Of a stretch of 56,405 nt of DNA, positions 54,841 through 56,405 are shown piece by piece. Source of the DNA: Thermoplasmata archaeon (GTDB taxonomy: Archaea > Thermoplasmatota > Thermoplasmata > Lutacidiplasmatales > UBA184); NCBI GenBank assembly GCA_021826685.1, contig JAKAYT010000006.1:1-56405 (forward strand). Direction: 5' to 3'. The stretch's first letter is position 1. The number at the start of each line of letters is the position of its first letter. The position numbers were made by a program, and so were the translations under genes. The notes beneath the pieces were generated by a model. The model worked only from the letters and a program-made list of their open reading frames with translations, had not been told where the DNA came from and ran no database searches.

Positions 54841-56384
54841 GTAACTGGTCACGCACCTGAAGCCTGCTGACGACCGCCGACGCTTCGACGAACGCCGAGT
54901 ACCCAAAATGTAAATCCGGGAACCCATTACCTCTCTGCCCGAGGCTCCCATGGAGATTCGGGATTGGCGCCTGCTCCTGCTACCGAAGGAAGGCGATTCC
55001 GTCGTGCTCTCCCGAGAGAAAGCGCGGGAGCTCCTCGAGCGACTGGAGCGGCTGGAGAAGGAGAAGGCCGAACTCGAGGAGCAGTTGATGGCGTACAAGA
55101 AGCGCCACCCAGAGACGGTGGGGGTGAAGTTCGGGAAGGCGTATGTGCTGAAGACCCCGACCGAGCCTCGTGTCTCTGGAGGGAAGCCCGGGGCTCGCCC
55201 CGGCCACCCGCCGCGTCTTCGGTCTCGGCCCGACCACATCGATCGGAGGATTCACCTCCCACTGACCCAGTGTTCGGGGTGTGGGGGGCACCAACTCAGC
55301 GCGGTGCAGGAGACCCGCACCCGTATCGTGGAGGATCTTCCCGAACCTCGGACGGTGGTGACGGAATACACGGTGGAGCGGCGATACTGTCGGACGTGTC
55401 GGAAACTCGTGGAGTCCTCCGTCCCAGGCGTGCTGCCGCACGCCCAGTTGGGACTTCGGTTGATGCACGCGATCGTGCAGTTGAAGGTCCGCCACCGAGT
55501 GACGGTGGAACAGATCCCTCCCCTGCTCCGGAGCCTCTACGGAGTGTCGGTGAGCGAGGGGGAGGTCCACTCGGTGCTCGAGCAGATGGCCGCGGCCTAC
55601 GGCCCGGCCTACGAGCGGTTCCGCGAGGAGATGCGGGAGGCGCCCGCGAAATACCTCGACGAGACGCCGTGGTGGGTCAGCGGACAGATGGCCTATCTCT
55701 GGGTGGGGGCGACCCCCACGGAGGCGGTCTACCACATCGGTCCGACCCGAGCTCACACGGAGGCACTGGAGTTGTTGGGCCCGACACCGAAGGGGATCCT
55801 GGTCCACGACCGATTCGTGGCGTATGAAACGGTGGGAACGAAGACGGGAATGCGACACCAGGCGTGCTGGTTTCACCTCTTGGGCGACTCGAAGGAGTTG
55901 GAGGAATTCTTGGGCGAGGAGGGAACCCAGATCCACGGCGTGCTGAAGACGGTCTATCGCGCGGCGCGAGGAGTGGCGGGACGAGGGACCGAGACGCACG
56001 TACGCCAGCTGTGGGAGGCACTGGAAGGCGGCCTATCGAATCGGCAGGGGAGCTCGGTGCACGGGCATCGGTTCGTGCAAGGGATCCTCGCGCTGCGGGA
56101 ACGCCTCTTCGAGTTCGTGAGGAACGCGACGGTCGAGGGGACGAACAATCGAGCGGAGCGGGCCCTCCGCCCGGCGGTGGTGGCGCGCAAGATCAGCGGC
56201 GGGAGTCGAAGTTGGCGAGGGGGGCGAGTGTTCGCGGTGCTGGCCACCGTGGTCCAAACACTCCGACTTCGGGGCCAGGATCTCCTCCGAGACGGGCCGG
56301 GATACCTCGCGGCCGCTCGAGGGTAGCCCCTCATCTCTTCACTATCGCCGATCGCGGTGGCGCTTCAGGTCAGTGACCTGTTAC
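54841..56384 (+). mobile_element. IS66-family insertion sequence, single-ORF type (1544 bp)
   Basis: Terminal IRs GTAACTGGTCACGCACCTGAAGC (54841) and revcomp GTAACAGGTCACTGACCTGAAGC (ends 56384), 20/23 match, starting GTAA. Confidence 0.92.
54950..56326 (+). CDS. tnpC: IS66 family DDE transposase
   Basis: N-terminal coiled coil; KPGARPGH; CSGC/CRTC zinc finger; DETPW, HDRF, QACWFHL and TNNRAERALR motifs. Confidence 0.95.
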   Translation: MEIRDWRLLLLPKEGDSVVLSREKARELLERLERLEKEKAELEEQLMAYKKRHPETVGVKFGKAYVLKTPTEPRVSGGKPGARPGHPPRLRSRPDHIDRRIHLPLTQCSGCGGHQLSAVQETRTRIVEDLPEPRTVVTEYTVERRYCRTCRKLVESSVPGVLPHAQLGLRLMHAIVQLKVRHRVTVEQIPPLLRSLYGVSVSEGEVHSVLEQMAAAYGPAYERFREEMREAPAKYLDETPWWVSGQMAYLWVGATPTEAVYHIGPTRAHTEALELLGPTPKGILVHDRFVAYETVGTKTGMRHQACWFHLLGDSKELEEFLGEEGTQIHGVLKTVYRAARGVAGRGTETHVRQLWEALEGGLSNRQGSSVHGHRFVQGILALRERLFEFVRNATVEGTNNRAERALRPAVVARKISGGSRSWRGGRVFAVLATVVQTLRLRGQDLLRDGPGYLAAARG

Positions 56385-56405
56385 GGCCGTCCGATACTTT
56401 GAAGC

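Noticed and set aside
54325-55239. 304-aa Hsp20 fusion suggested by the ORF track
   Set aside because: The extension is read-through across the promoter and IS antisense strand; SD and TATA support ATG 54780.
1-56405. Many long alternative-frame and antisense ORFs (e.g. 7232-8980 +, 13359-14984 -, 30358-31917 -)
   Set aside because: Arg/Pro/Gly-rich or antisense shadows of well-supported genes, as expected at high GC.
1-56405. CRISPR array, rRNA, prophage or defence island
   Set aside because: No regularly spaced repeats, rRNA signatures, integrase, capsid or recognisable defence genes were seen.

Overview
This is a GC-rich archaeal chromosomal segment. Thermosome, EgsA, prefoldin, rpl LX, SecE-Spt5-uL11, archaeal ArgRS/LeuRS, MptE, Hel308 and SMC-ScpAB together point to Thermoplasmata; the lineage is inferred from gene content only. 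It is mostly core genes, tightly packed, often leaderless behind TATA boxes, with overlapping convergent ends. Main signals: (1) two tRNA genes absent from the ORF track, both with introns at non-canonical sites: tRNA-Asp(GUC) with a 30-nt T-loop intron (59/60, near-perfect BHB) and tRNA-Pro(UGG) with a ~34-nt D-loop intron (relaxed BHB); (2) an accessory island at 16.9-23.8 kb with aminotransferase, cyclase, SDR and cupin genes plus an APC permease / orphan nucleotidyltransferase / Icc-like phosphoesterase module of unknown function; (3) apparent pseudo-enzymes, namely an Orc1/Cdc6 homologue with broken Walker motifs and a ThiI without its PP-loop; (4) Spt5 with a ~185-aa N-terminal extension that looks Ig-like; (5) a single-ORF IS66 with intact inverted repeats next to the hsp20 promoter. 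No CRISPR array or rRNA was seen. All calls come from reading motifs by eye; no searches were run.
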